A model generated the notes under the pieces. The model did no database searches and was not told the origin of the DNA. It worked only from the letters and a program-made list of their open reading frames with translations. The translations under genes and the position numbers were made by a program. From positions 744,001 through 808,000 of the forward strand of contig MU004239.1 of NCBI GenBank assembly GCA_010405405.1: 64,000 bases of DNA, written 5' to 3'. The DNA is from Microthyrium microscopicum. Lineage: Eukaryota. Positions within the stretch are counted from its first letter, which is position 1. Each line of letters opens with the position of its first letter. Below are positions 1 through 11,819 of this stretch, piece by piece.

Positions 1-18
1 GCGGAAAAAATAAATAGT

Positions 19-1206
19 TCACTTACATCTTATTTCTTTGTTGCCGAAGTCAAAGATACCCATCCACTCCTTCATAAACACTCTTCCCAATACGACAGCC
101 ACATCTTCAAAACCTTCGCCTAATGCCCCTTCTATATGATAGACATAAGGAAAGCAAGCGCCTGCCGAGAACCACATGTAGTCCGAAGCTGCCAGGACCA
201 GACGTCTAGGACCGCCAATGTCAATTGTAATATTTGGCAGTTCATCCAGCTTATCACATTGATACCCACGAATTGCCGCATGAAACATAAGGTATTGCTC
301 TTGTGGAAGTAGAATTGGCCAAAATACTGTAGATAGTCCTATAAACTTGCCTTCAAACTGCCACTTTGTGTCGAGAAATGATACCGATCTGAGATTCGCC
401 AGCCAGCTACCCACCTGGTAGCTTATGGGATTTATTGCCATTGTTGTAAAAGGTCGGCTTGGATTAGAATATTGCTCGGGTATAGCACCAAGAAGCAATT
501 CGCCGTCTTTTTCGTATGTCGGAGGCACGAGGCTGAATAAATTTTGCTCAAGTTCGTGACTTGACGCAAGCGCCTTTAGTGGATTTCGTAGGCTCTGCTT
601 ATCATCGGGATCGAAAGGTGACAATCCAAATACTGCATCATAACCACCGTAGAATATCCAGTCGCCTTCGATGCGATCGAAATTCAGAAATTCGACTTGC
701 TTAGCTTGAATAGTTCCCAGGCTCACGATGTCTCTTGCCCAGGTACCTTTGAACGCTCCTGCTGCGGGAGGGTAGTATAATCTTCCCTCTTTAGAAAGAT
801 CCCAATATGTAGTAGATTTTGCGTAGTTGAACTTGTGATGGCGTATGCATCGATCGCATTGCTTAGAGGGCACGAAAAGATCGGACCAACTTAAATCCAA
901 GGTAACGTCGATTTCCTGCGCTGGAGTTCCTATGGTCATTCTAGCTACGAAGAGAGGGCTAAACTATAAACATGATTAGCTGTCTATCGGAGAAGCTTTC
1001 TTGGCTTATAATACGGGTATTGATATCTTCTGATTCACAGTTTCTGCAATAGAAGGCTTTAAGGGTGTTTGCTCTCCCGAATATGGCTGCGGCGACCAAA
1101 CGGTTAATGATGGTTCTCCTTGGGAGGATATGAACAGGAGCGAGAGGAGGCATAGAGCTCGCCATAGCCAGTGCCTTGGTGGCTGTAGCATATTGGTCCA
1201 ACTCAT
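19..1206 (-). CDS. Secreted pepsin-family (A1) aspartic protease-like protein, probably catalytically impaired; 3' end probably runs off the window
   Basis: Exon 1 (1206-~1015) encodes a hydrophobic signal peptide; intron GTATTA..GCTAAT..TATAG; exon 2 has pepsin-fold hallmarks (IGTPAQ, FNYAKSTTY, DAVFGL, LLLGAI, VLGRVFMK..IFDF). A GTAAGT donor near position 26 suggests a further exon outside the window. Confidence 0.85.
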
Positions 1207-1470
1207 CGACTAGAATCAAGATTTCATCACCGTTCATTTAGTGAAGCCAAAGCTGAGAGCAGCATCGAAGTTTGCATCCTTGCGAAAATGAGGCGAAAAC
1301 CATGTTGTTGGTTTTCCGTGTTGCTGTCACCACGCCGCAATCCTTCCAAGGAATTATATTGAAAGTGCCCTTTACGCTACAGGGTCAGGTAGATCTATTA
1401 ATTACCTGTCCCTATGCAATCCTTTTGGCGTTCCCAGAAGTATACAGCAATGGGCGAATTATAGATTCCA

Positions 1471-3241
1471 TTAAGGTTGAGCTTTCAATACGGTCCAGTC
1501 GCCTTCAATCCTTCTCAGCAAGGGCAAGGTACTAGCACCTCTTTTTACAAATTGGCCATCCTCTTGGCTTCCTAAGATCTTGCCGTCTTTGAAAATCACT
1601 TTTCCTCTCAGTATAGTGATTTTGGGCCATGATTTGAATTCGACACCCTCATACGGGGAGTAGTCGCAATCTGTATGATGTGAGCAGGATGGAGACATAG
1701 TGAGCGAATTGAAAAAGATGAATTCTTCACAAAGCATGATTTTCGTTCGAAGGTGACAAACAAAAGGACTTACTATCGTGCAGGTCGCGAGCATGCTTTA
1801 GCACCATCGGCTTGAACTTATCGGCGGAGTGCCATACTACCAAGTCCGCATCTGACCCAATCTGTATGGCACCTTTCTTTGGATATAACCCATATAGCTT
1901 GGCTGGGTTCTCGGATGTCAATTCGACGAAGCGCTTCACGTCGATGCAACGCCTTCGAAGTACACCTTCAGAAAAGAGGATAGGCATGCGAGTTTCCACG
2001 CCAGGTAGACCGTTTGGTACATGATGGAACCTGTTAGACACTCATGAGATTATTGAACTCGGAACTTCAAATACACTGGCCACTTACATCCCATTGGGAT
2101 TACCATTAGTTGCATTCACGATACCTTGTTTCTTTCCTCCCTCCCCTTCATATCTAAAAACTCTGTTAGCTGTAAGGCAGAATAAAGTATTCGTTTTGTT
2201 ACCGATATGGACAGTGGTCCGAAGAAAATATCGTAAAAGTACCATTAATGATACCTTGCCATATTGCTTCCAGATCCCTAGGATCTGTGCGTGGTGGAGG
2301 AGAGCAGATGAACTTTGCACCTTCGAAATGCTCATGAGCCAATTTCTTTTCGTCCAACATCAGATATTGAGGACAGGTCTCTGCAAAGATAGGCTGCAGC
2401 TTTGTTTGTGCTTTCCTAATAATGTTTGTCGATTCCGGTATAGAGACATGAACTATGAGGATAGGTACATCCATTATGGTTGAAAATACAACCGCTCGAT
2501 GTGTTGCTTCAGCCTCAGCACTGGCAGGATGAGATTGAGCGTGATATACGGGTTCCGTTAGGCCTTCGCTTTCTAATTTCTCAGTCATGAATTCGATAAG
2601 ATCTGCATTTTCAGCATGGACCATGGTTGTAATGCCTAGTTTGCGTGCAGTATGAAGTAATCGGAGGAACTCAGAGTCAGAGACCTTTCTGTGTTTGTAG
2701 GTGAGGTATATTTTTATACTTGTCAGTCCTTGCTCGACAGCCCAAGGAAGTTCTTCAGTCAAAACCTTTTCAGTCGGATCCGTGACAATAACATGGAAGC
2801 CATAATCCGAATATGATCCTTGCTCTTTTGCTAGGGCATGATAGGCTTCGACTTCAGTTATCACAGAGTCTCCTCTAGATTGTTCGGCAAAGAGGAGGAC
2901 TGTAGTTGTGCCTCCTGCTACTGCACTTCGTGTTCCAGTTGCAACTAGTTGAAATCTCGTAAGCATCCAGCATTGAATGTATACACTCTGTCGCACTTAC
3001 TGGTGTCAGCACACAAGTAGCCGGATGACCTGGCATTAGCGGATCGATCTTGAGCTAAATGCACATGCCCATCTACTCCGCCAGGAGTGACTATAGCGCC
3101 TTCACAGTAGATGACTTTTGCATTTGCAGAAGGTGCAAGATCCCGACCCAGAGATGTAATTATCCCGTTTTTTACTCCTATGTCGCAAATGTATGAGCCA
3201 TTGACATTTGCTTTGCGAAGAATGAGATCGAAGTCTGTCAT
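1471..3241 (-). CDS. Dihydropyrimidinase / D-hydantoinase (amidohydrolase superfamily), multi-exon
   Basis: PGGVDGHVH, AVAGGTTT, SIKIY (carbamylated Lys), VHAEN, IVHVS, AETCPQYL, SSDHCP, PNGLPGVETR, NPAKLYGLYPKKG and DYSPYEG motifs spread over ORF-track fragments separated by GT-AG introns. Confidence 0.95.
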
Positions 3242-3736
3242 TTCTCGATGGCTCTGGCCAGCAGCATTCAAACCAAAGCTTCTAATTGCTCTATAGTAGT
3301 TTCTTCCTTCCTAAAGTATGAAGCGGGTTCTTTCTCGAAGGGTCCTCATTTCAGCAAAGACCTTGGCCCCGCAGCTTCGTCTTATCTCCCTTATGAGAGG
3401 TTGGATTCAAGGTTACGATAAGCTTCGGAAGCTCCCTCAAGCTCAATATTGAAACAAGGATGGCGCAGGAGCTAAGCTCCACGTGCATGCTTTAAATACC
3501 GGGGTAACTTAGCTTACTTGTCCCACTTGAGTATAAATAGTGTGGAGGCGACCAAGGGTCCAAGATCATGATTCGGCTTTCGATATTCTTAAGTACACTG
3601 TCTAGCTAGATTTCATCTGCCCATCCCCGTTTTCATCCAACATAGGCGCATCAAGTTTCGCGTCTGGTTGATTCTTCCCCATCGTCGCCCCAAATTTTAG
3701 GCTAGAACAACTACAGGTACTCAAAACTTGAGCAGC

Positions 3737-4723
3737 ATGTGTGCCGCACCAGCTACAACTTCAACTTGTTTCACCACTTTTCGGCTAAACGAGTCCACCT
3801 TTTCAATTCGTGAAGAAGATATCTATGGAGAACATCCTCTCATATACGCCAAAATTTTCCAAGACCCTCCACTTCTCCTCCTTTCAGACACTGGATGTGG
3901 CGGTCACGGACTATCCCCTGATATCGAAATCACATCTCTACGCGAGTATCTGGAAACCTATCCAATATCTAGCAACTCAAGCCTGCCCCTGAATCCGCAT
4001 GGAAAGCTTCCATATCTGATTATATGCACCCACTGTCACTACGACCATATTTTAGGTATTCCACACTTTACGACACCGGGTAGCAACACTACCTTTCTCG
4101 CATCCTCCTATGATCCATCATTTATCACTAAGAGCCTACCAACCCATTCTTTATGCCACCATCTCGGAATTGAAACTCCTTCATACAATGTCTCCTACTG
4201 GGCTGACCACTTCGAAAAGATTACGTATGATTCTTTATCATTGAACATCCAAATTTTGCACACCCCGGGCCACACGCCAGACGAGCTTGCATGGTATGAT
4301 CGAACTGAGCGCCATCTTTATGTCGGAGACACCCTCTATGAAGTTGGACCTGGACCTGAGCCAGCGCCAATCATGTTTCCCAAGGAGGGTGACTTGATTG
4401 ACTATATGCAGTCACTACGAACCTTGAAGTCGTTCATTGCAGCACAAAATGAGGAGTATCCGTCGAGGCCACGAGTAAAGATCGGATGTGCTCATATCAC
4501 TTCTTCCGTTGATGCTGCAGAAATTGTGGACGAGGTACAAGCACTATTTGTATACATCATCGAAGGAAAGGTCCCAATTGCCGACAGCATGAAGCAGAGA
4601 GGCGAGATATGTGACTTTTACATGGAGGCCAAGGATGCTAAATTCTGTGTGAGGGTACCGAGAAGACTTGTTGATGATGCAAGGAGGTTTTACCATAAAC
4701 ATCCAGCTTTACTGTCGTTTTGA
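3737..4723 (+). CDS. Metallo-beta-lactamase-fold hydrolase
   Basis: SDTG, THCHYDH (HxHxDH), TPGHTPD, LYVGD and a late GCAH; single exon; first ATG at 3737. Confidence 0.9.
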   Translation: MCAAPATTSTCFTTFRLNESTFSIREEDIYGEHPLIYAKIFQDPPLLLLSDTGCGGHGLSPDIEITSLREYLETYPISSNSSLPLNPHGKLPYLIICTHCHYDHILGIPHFTTPGSNTTFLASSYDPSFITKSLPTHSLCHHLGIETPSYNVSYWADHFEKITYDSLSLNIQILHTPGHTPDELAWYDRTERHLYVGDTLYEVGPGPEPAPIMFPKEGDLIDYMQSLRTLKSFIAAQNEEYPSRPRVKIGCAHITSSVDAAEIVDEVQALFVYIIEGKVPIADSMKQRGEICDFYMEAKDAKFCVRVPRRLVDDARRFYHKHPALLSF

Positions 4724-5248
4724 ATTGATCGTCAGAATCAGCCAATATTCCGAAGCAAGACATGATCAATCTCCCAGCTGCTTTCTGTGCATCATAGGTC
4801 ATGAGCACGTTCTCTAGGAAATATCCTAGTGCCTGGGAACGCGCCGAGTATTGCAAAGACCTTTACTCACCATGCAAATAAAACAAATCCCGTTTGAGGG
4901 TTCGGTACCAAAGTAACCGATGGAACCAACATAAGGCCAATACCCAGAGTTTCGATGCTCAATATCATCGCATGTAAAGAATATACACTCTACTTCCCAT
5001 CCTGGTCGGTATTTCAACCAATCATATACACACTCGGTGTGCAACAAAATACTCTATAGCAAAGCATAGCTCATATGAAGTAGGTTAGCACATGGGAGTT
5101 CACTAGGCTCTGGCTCGTTTGTTATTTGGTTGGCGGTTTCCCTTATTTTGAGCATGGAATATGCTTTTTGGTACATATGTTGGAAAGAACCACCGGTTTT
5201 GCTTGGGAAATCTACATTTTGTCAACAATTTAGATTTCCTTCCTCCCG

Positions 5249-6262
5249 ATGTTTCTTCCTTTCAACTTCATAACAAAGATGTCTTCATCATCCCAGATGA
5301 CCGAGGATACCCTCCCCAATCAGTCCGGCCGTGTTTTCTTCGTCACAGGAGGCGCAACCCACCTAACAGAGAACTTCCTATTGAATATAGCAGCTCTATC
5401 TCCAGAACACATCTTTTTCACAGACCGCGACACCGCTCTCGCCGACGGTCTAGTGCGCAAAATCGACAAAATCTACCCTAATACCAAAATCACCCTCCTG
5501 GTCTGCGACATGCTCAATCCTTCTCTCGACGAAGTTGAAGCCGCCGCCACCAAATTTTGCCAACTATCAAACCGCCTAGATGTCCTCGTACTCAACGACG
5601 GCCCGCTAGACGTTCCACCACCCACAGACTGGCAAAACAGAGTCGGCTACGACATCCGCCTACAAGACGCCAACTTCAACCAATGGCTCTTGATAAAACT
5701 GCTCCTACCCACCCTTCTTGTGACAGCGAAAAACAATCATGTGAGGATCGTGGCGTCGGCATCACTGGACGATAGAATCTGGTCCAAAGATACAGACATC
5801 AACAGCAGAATCGACTTTAGCCCCCTCACCATCGGCGCCCTCGATGCAAATGGCCAACCGACTTCTACTCCGGGCACTGAAGTTCTATCCGCGCCAAATA
5901 AACTCACCAGCGTCCTCTACATGCGCGCACTAAGTAAACTATATCCCAGCATCACAAGCATATCTGTGCACCCTGGTCGACTGAAGCAGGTGAAGCTTCA
6001 TGCAGATGGCGTAGCCTACAGGACATGCGTGGAGCAGGAATCAATGGAATGGGCATACTTGGATGAAGGTGCGGTGCCCTACACGCAGCTGTGGGCAGCG
6101 TTGATTGCGGACAAGGAAGACTTGGTGAATGGGGCATATTATCCGTACGAAGAGCAGCCAGAGGCTGTGATGCTAGGAGCTAAAGGGGATGGGAAGGTGA
6201 AGGAGTTTTTGGATTACGTGGAGTGGTATCTCAAGAGATGGGACGTGGAATCGAGGATATGA
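5249..6262 (+). CDS. Divergent short-chain dehydrogenase/reductase (retinol dehydrogenase/WWOX-like subgroup)
   Basis: LPNQSGRVFFVTGG, RLDVLVLN, LLIKLLLPTL..RIV, SISVHPG and TQLWAA..NGAYY match the layout of this SDR subgroup; start could be 5249 or 5279. Confidence 0.8.
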   Translation: MFLPFNFITKMSSSSQMTEDTLPNQSGRVFFVTGGATHLTENFLLNIAALSPEHIFFTDRDTALADGLVRKIDKIYPNTKITLLVCDMLNPSLDEVEAAATKFCQLSNRLDVLVLNDGPLDVPPPTDWQNRVGYDIRLQDANFNQWLLIKLLLPTLLVTAKNNHVRIVASASLDDRIWSKDTDINSRIDFSPLTIGALDANGQPTSTPGTEVLSAPNKLTSVLYMRALSKLYPSITSISVHPGRLKQVKLHADGVAYRTCVEQESMEWAYLDEGAVPYTQLWAALIADKEDLVNGAYYPYEEQPEAVMLGAKGDGKVKEFLDYVEWYLKRWDVESRI

Positions 6263-8317
6263 GTAATAGTTGTATCCAGAAACATCAAAGTTATATGTTT
6301 ATCCAGTCACTGCTGATTTCCTTGAACGATGATGTCTGTCTTCAGCCTTTTTTTTCTGGAACGAAAGGTGGAGTATTTCCGATACAGTTCGATGGGCTAC
6401 CGAGATCTTGACTCCTTTCATGGCAGATGAAGCACTCGATAACAGAGTGTAGTAGATGATAGATAACGTAGCCAATAGGAGCAAAACCTATGCGCTCACC
6501 TATAGGCATCATAAGAGCCTGGAGCGTAATTAAAAAATAAGCCAAAAGGTACCTAGCTAGTCCTAAGATGAACCTTTTGATCATAACAACCATATTGGCT
6601 GGGATAATAGTATTGGTAGTTGCATATAGGAGTCGCTTGGCTTGTGCCTGGCGGGTAGCAAAAGCAGTAAATGGAGTCCTCGAGTCCTCTCGATCAGTCT
6701 AAATCCTTTGTAGACTGGCACTCAAGCATCATATTCATCGAGAATGACTGCTACCCATGTTTAATAAGAGATTCAATGTTTAGCATCTGCTACGCATGAG
6801 TGCTATCGTATTTGATGAAGCCCCACAGTCTCCATCAGATGGGCTGAGAAAAAAAGCATACTTAGACGGACGATTTCTATCAATGAATTGAAGTCGAGCT
6901 TTTCGGCGAATTAAACTGATCTTCTGCTGGGATTCTGACCGCTTTTGAAAAATGCTTAGAAACTTGAATAGAATCAAGGATTGTGCAAATACAACAATCG
7001 CATGTCGTATGTAATATGAGTAAAGGCTTTTGCTGCTCAAAATTGAATTGAGGAAACGAGTGTCTCTTATCTTCAGATCGTTGTAGATAGTTCCTTGCAA
7101 AGTTGAGCAGGTTGTATTTTTCAAAGCAAGTATTAATCCACTTTTAGCATGTGAAGATATCTAGCTTTTCTGAGAAACACTTCAACCCCGTAAATTTTCA
7201 ATGCATTTAACATGCGGTCAACATCAGCACGCAAGGCACGGTCATAAGTGCACTGGTACCTAACTACAGTGACTAGGGAGTGATCAGAGATATGTAGGTT
7301 CCAAGCACAAACGAATGTTGTGGTTATCATAATCTTACATAAACTATATTAGAAATGACGATTCTTAACTCTCGTGAATTCGGGGGAACAAGATAAAAGC
7401 CCTATTTATATCGTATGATCAACAACTATTTCTTCCAAGTTTTTTAAAGGTGTTGAAGTGAAGGAGGGCACATCTTTGCTAGTGTCAGTGCAGATCAGCG
7501 GCAGAGGAAGTCGAGTGACCTGATGCTTGATCCTATCATAGACGCCATTTAGGCAAGGGCTTGCTGTTCTCGCGTCTGCCAACTTTCAGGCGGCCAGAGA
7601 TCCAACTTTGTTCTGCGGTCCGTCAAGTCATTTGTCGTGGCTGATTAAGGCTTGGAACTTTTGGAAAGTAAAGCTAGATAAAGATTGTAGAAAGTGGTCA
7701 TTGAGATCAAGATATAAGAGAGCAAGAGGTAGAGAGGAGGTGAAGTTAACGTTAAGTTTCTCCACTCTGGAAAAGTCTCGCGAACTAGAAATCTAGGAAG
7801 ACTAGGACAAATTGACAACAGGGTTTATGCTGGCCTTTTTGGAATGCAAACCTAAGATTCAAATTTCACATTGTCGCATGGCGCTAAGACATTGTAAGAT
7901 ATTGTAAGATATGGGAATCTACTGCTTTGGCGTTCATTGCACTTTCCTTTCGGCTCTTCTCTTGTCGTCTGACAAGCTGATTGGGCATCAATAGATAGTG
8001 TTTCAACTCAATCGGTCGATGCTGCCAACTTTATATGAGCCTCTTTCCCAATCAGGCCACTCGTGGCTACATTCTTGGTCGTACTTGCCATGTTTGTTGC
8101 CCATGACGTCTGTTCCTGCCTTCTGATGAAATTGACTGGATCGTTCTTGCCTTTGACATAATACCTGACCTGCTGCTAGCCGCTGTGTACCTTTGACCTT
8201 TGCATTCCATTGTTTTTCTTCATCGACATCTTCTCCACTTCTCAACAAATTTCCATCTTCAACTCTCCCGCCCACCACATCAAACCACATACAAACCTAT
8301 CTACATCTCTCTTCAAA

Positions 8318-8604
8318 ATGGGTGCCGTAGTCTCCTGCGTAAGTGCCTCATCATCTTAACATTCAGTGCCAGTTGCTGACGAAAACTTCAACAGATCGAA
8401 TCAATCTTCCGAGCAATCGGCAATGTCATCCTCGCCATCGTCCACGCCATCGGAGCTATCATCTTCGCCATCGTCGACGGCATCATGGCCCTCTTTGATA
8501 TCATCATTGGCTGCTTGACCTGCCGCAAGGGATCTTCGAACCACGGATGGGGTGCACGGCGGTCAAGACGTCGTGGAGGCGGAATCACCACTTCGCGTGT
8601 CTAA
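8318..8604 (+). CDS. Small 76-aa membrane-associated protein, 2 exons; not in ORF track
   Basis: CAAAATG start; exon 1 8318-8338 (MGAVVSC); intron GTAAGT..GCTGAC..ACAG; exon 2 8395-8604 encodes IESIFRAIGNVILAIVHAIGAIIFAIVDGIMALFDIIIGCLTCRKG..RRSRRRGGGITTSRV*. Confidence 0.85.
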
Positions 8605-8884
8605 GTCTTTCACCGATTACGACACGCAACTGGGCTGCAACGGGGTTGTGTTGTGCGCACATACAGAAGTAATGAAGTGGGAAAAGTGGGAAAATGATGG
8701 TGATGTGTGCGACATAGACGGCAGCAAGGCGTTTCAGGGATGAAGTAATGGTCATGAATTATACCCAACAACATACCATGAATCGAATCAATTGATTTCT
8801 AAACTAAAATACTGCTTCCATTCGGGGTATCTTGCATCGTAAACTTTTTCGCCATCGTAAATTCATATCATTCGTGAACCTTTC

Positions 8885-10048
8885 TCAAAGTTCCAACTCC
8901 TCACACTCAACACCACACTCCAAGCATTTCTTGACCTCAACACCAGTCTCCTCATCCACAAGCGGTCTTCCCCACTCATGAACATGTCTATCTCCACGAT
9001 TCAACCTCATCCCAAATTGCACATCGTCCCCATCGCCATCTCCTATCCCAGCTACATGTTTTGAGCCCTTCTCCACCATAAGCCTATTCCGTCGATACGC
9101 GTCTGTCCGCGTCTTCTTTTTCAGCTCATCCAATTTGACTCGAAACTTCTTCTCCTTCCGTGCGCGCTTCTCTTCCACGCGGCGCTCAAATTCTGCATCG
9201 AGAGCTTCCGGTGATCCCCATTTCTTGGCAGAGAAGGCATATTCTTCGACTTGAAAGCGGAGATAGAGTTGCATATCATTCCAAGTTGCGTGGTGTGGAT
9301 TTGGGCGTTTGAGATGGCGGAGGAGGTCTGCGTCCTGAAGTTCCGCTATACCATCACCGTTAGCCTACATTTGTACAATGTATGAACGGTACTCACGGTT
9401 CGTCAACAAATAATCCTCCCTTGCCTCCGTCTTCGTCAAAAGACTATACTTATCCCCCATCTCCTCCTTACACGAATTACACACATGTACCCCAAACGTC
9501 TCCACCCAATTCCAATCAACCTCCACACTACCACACTCTCGACAGCTTTCTTTCTTCCGCTCTTCTTTATCCGTCAGCACTGACAGACCCGGTTCAAACG
9601 GACCAGCCCTATTCTTCCTTAACTTTGTAAGCAACTGCAACCGTTCCCACTCAGCCTCCGTCATGCCCGTCGGTTTAATACCACCCTTATTCTTATCCTT
9701 CTCCGGCGCGCCATGGAGTGCTCGATTGAGCGGATCATCTTGCGCACTTAAGAAACCACCTTTCGTGTCGCGCATTGTGCTGAGGTCGTATTCAGTGTAG
9801 GCTGTCCTCCGTGTTAAACGGTGAGCTGCTGCGTCCGCGGCGGGCGTGGACATGGCAGGGGCATTCCGCACTGATGTTGGTTGATTGTAGGGCGCTGGGC
9901 GCTTGGTGGACGGGTTAAGTGTGGTATTGGAGGCATCGTGGGCTGCGCGGGCGGCTTTGGATTTCAGACGGGCTTCTTCGGTGCGGCGGATGTGTTCTAG
10001 TTGGGCGGTGCTTGGTGGGGCGCGGGAGGGGGGTGTTGAGTCGGCCAT
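8885..10048 (-). CDS. RAD14: DNA repair protein Rad14 (XPA homologue)
   Basis: DTKGGF, C4 zinc finger CREC..CNSC, YSLLTKTEAREDYLL, intron GTGAGT..TAG, then PNPHHATWNDMQLYLR..KWG..LDAE..R and a C-terminal HVHEWG..CLECG. Confidence 0.95.
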
Positions 10049-10706
10049 TTTGTAGTCAGGTTAGGTGAGAGAGCTGGAGTTTATGGGGAGGAGGAGAGGT
10101 GGTGGTGGTGGTGAGGTTTTGAGAGTTGAGAAGTTGAAGATGGAGTTTCAGGTGGCGATGATGCATGTGGGAGATCTAGGCCCTCTTTTCGTATCAGGAC
10201 GCGGACGCGGAGTTGGCGGAACGAAATGGGCGCGTAAGCACGTGAATGTTCACAGAGCAATATAATTTCTTGGGATAGATATTGGGCACGATGTTTTGAA
10301 ATTTCTTATGAGCACGATGGCTTCTATCTGTTCCGCTTTAGAGTATGACCAGTTGCGGTTTCCACTGAATTCGCAAACTCCCCTACCGCAACTGGGCATC
10401 AATACCTCCTTTCGTGATAAAGTGCGATAGGAGACATCTCAGGATATGAGAACGCCGGGACTATTGTAGTGTTAATGATGAGCAAAAGAAATGGATTTAG
10501 AAGGCTATGCCCAGCCATAACTCATGCAAATATTCATACAATGATTAAGAATAACCCAAAAACCCTCCATCATTCCCATATGCATGGCCCTCATCAACGC
10601 CAATTCGCGGCAACCATCTTGAAAGATCCTCTAAAAATGAGCGCATGGTTTCGTACATGGTCCAAAGCGCGAGCGTAGCCATAAAAGTAACACCAAGCAA
10701 GCGGAC

Positions 10707-11465
10707 CTACTCCTCCTTGGCACCACCACGCGTGCTCTTCTCGGCCTTCTCAACGCTCTTCTTATCAGTCTTGATTTCGCCCTGCTGCATGGCGCCCATA
10801 ATGCCACTGTTGGCCTTCCATGGACGCTTGAGTTCGCCGCTCGCTGGTTTGTTTAGGAGGTGGATTTTGACAAGGTTACCCTCGAATAGGCCCTTGAGAG
10901 GAATGATGGATTGGATAACGAGTGGGTTGGTGTATTTGAAGTAGAAGTGCATCACGCACATCATTCCGACGCCCATCAGTGTAGAGCGGATGAGTTGTTT
11001 GAGTTGACCGCGGTCGTAGTCGTAGATTGTGGTGACGACGGCTTTGGGCTCTTCAGCGCTGCCCATTGGGGCGGGCTCGACGTACTTGATCACTGTGAGG
11101 TCTACGATGGTTTCGTTAGCATTGTGGTTATGCAACTATAGTGAGAGAACTGTATACCCTTCTTGGCGTTGATCTTCATGTTGATGTAGGCGTAGGCTCC
11201 CAAGATGATAAGGTTAGAGAGAATGTATGCTCCGCGCGCAGATGTCATGACAAGTGGGTTTTCGAAATCAATCTTCTTGGCCGCTTGGACCAAGAAGAGA
11301 ATGATGACCAGATTCGAGCTGTGAAAATATCAGTTGGTCTGCCTTGTAATGGTTGTTAATGGCTGAAAGATGCATCCGCCTTTCCCGTATGCATCTTATC
11401 GTCATTTGCTTTGGTTCGCGCTTTGGGTACATTGGGTATATGGTAGCGTACATTGCGGGATTCAT
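10707..11465 (-). CDS. PHO88: SRP-independent ER targeting protein Snd3/Pho88, 3 exons
   Basis: KKIDFENP, DLTVIKYVEP, TTIYDYD, MHFYFKYTNPLVIQSI, KIHL..PA.G.LKRPW and GGAKEE C-terminus. Confidence 0.95.
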
Positions 11466-11819
11466 CTTTGCGGATGTGAGCGCGAGGATAAGTGGGTTGG
11501 ATGGAGATAGTTATAAGAAGAGGGAGATGTTGTTGTGTCAAGATGAAGAAAGAAATCCTTGGATGTGAAAGTAGACACAGTTGAAATTTAGTGAAGGCGG
11601 ACCGCGCACCCTGGTTGTCGGATCCAAGCTATAGCGACGCTAACCATTTTAGGAAGCTTGTTAGTGGCCTTTTGCCAGGCTGGCGAGTTGCGACGACATG
11701 TTTCTTCTGCTCAACTTCCAAGGCCACTCTTGCATATCTTGCTCTTTATTATTTGGCGTTTTCAGGCAGATAAATACTTAAGCCCCCTGGTTCGCTCGTA
11801 CGGTGTCAAAATCGAAATT

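Noticed and set aside
4826..5047. Cys-rich 73-aa minus-strand ORF between the MBL and SDR genes
   Set aside because: TTG start, no signal peptide and no convincing upstream exon.
6300..7400. AT-richer stretch with short minus-strand ORFs, possibly a RIP-degraded element
   Set aside because: No transposase or RT motifs, terminal repeats or recognisable protein.
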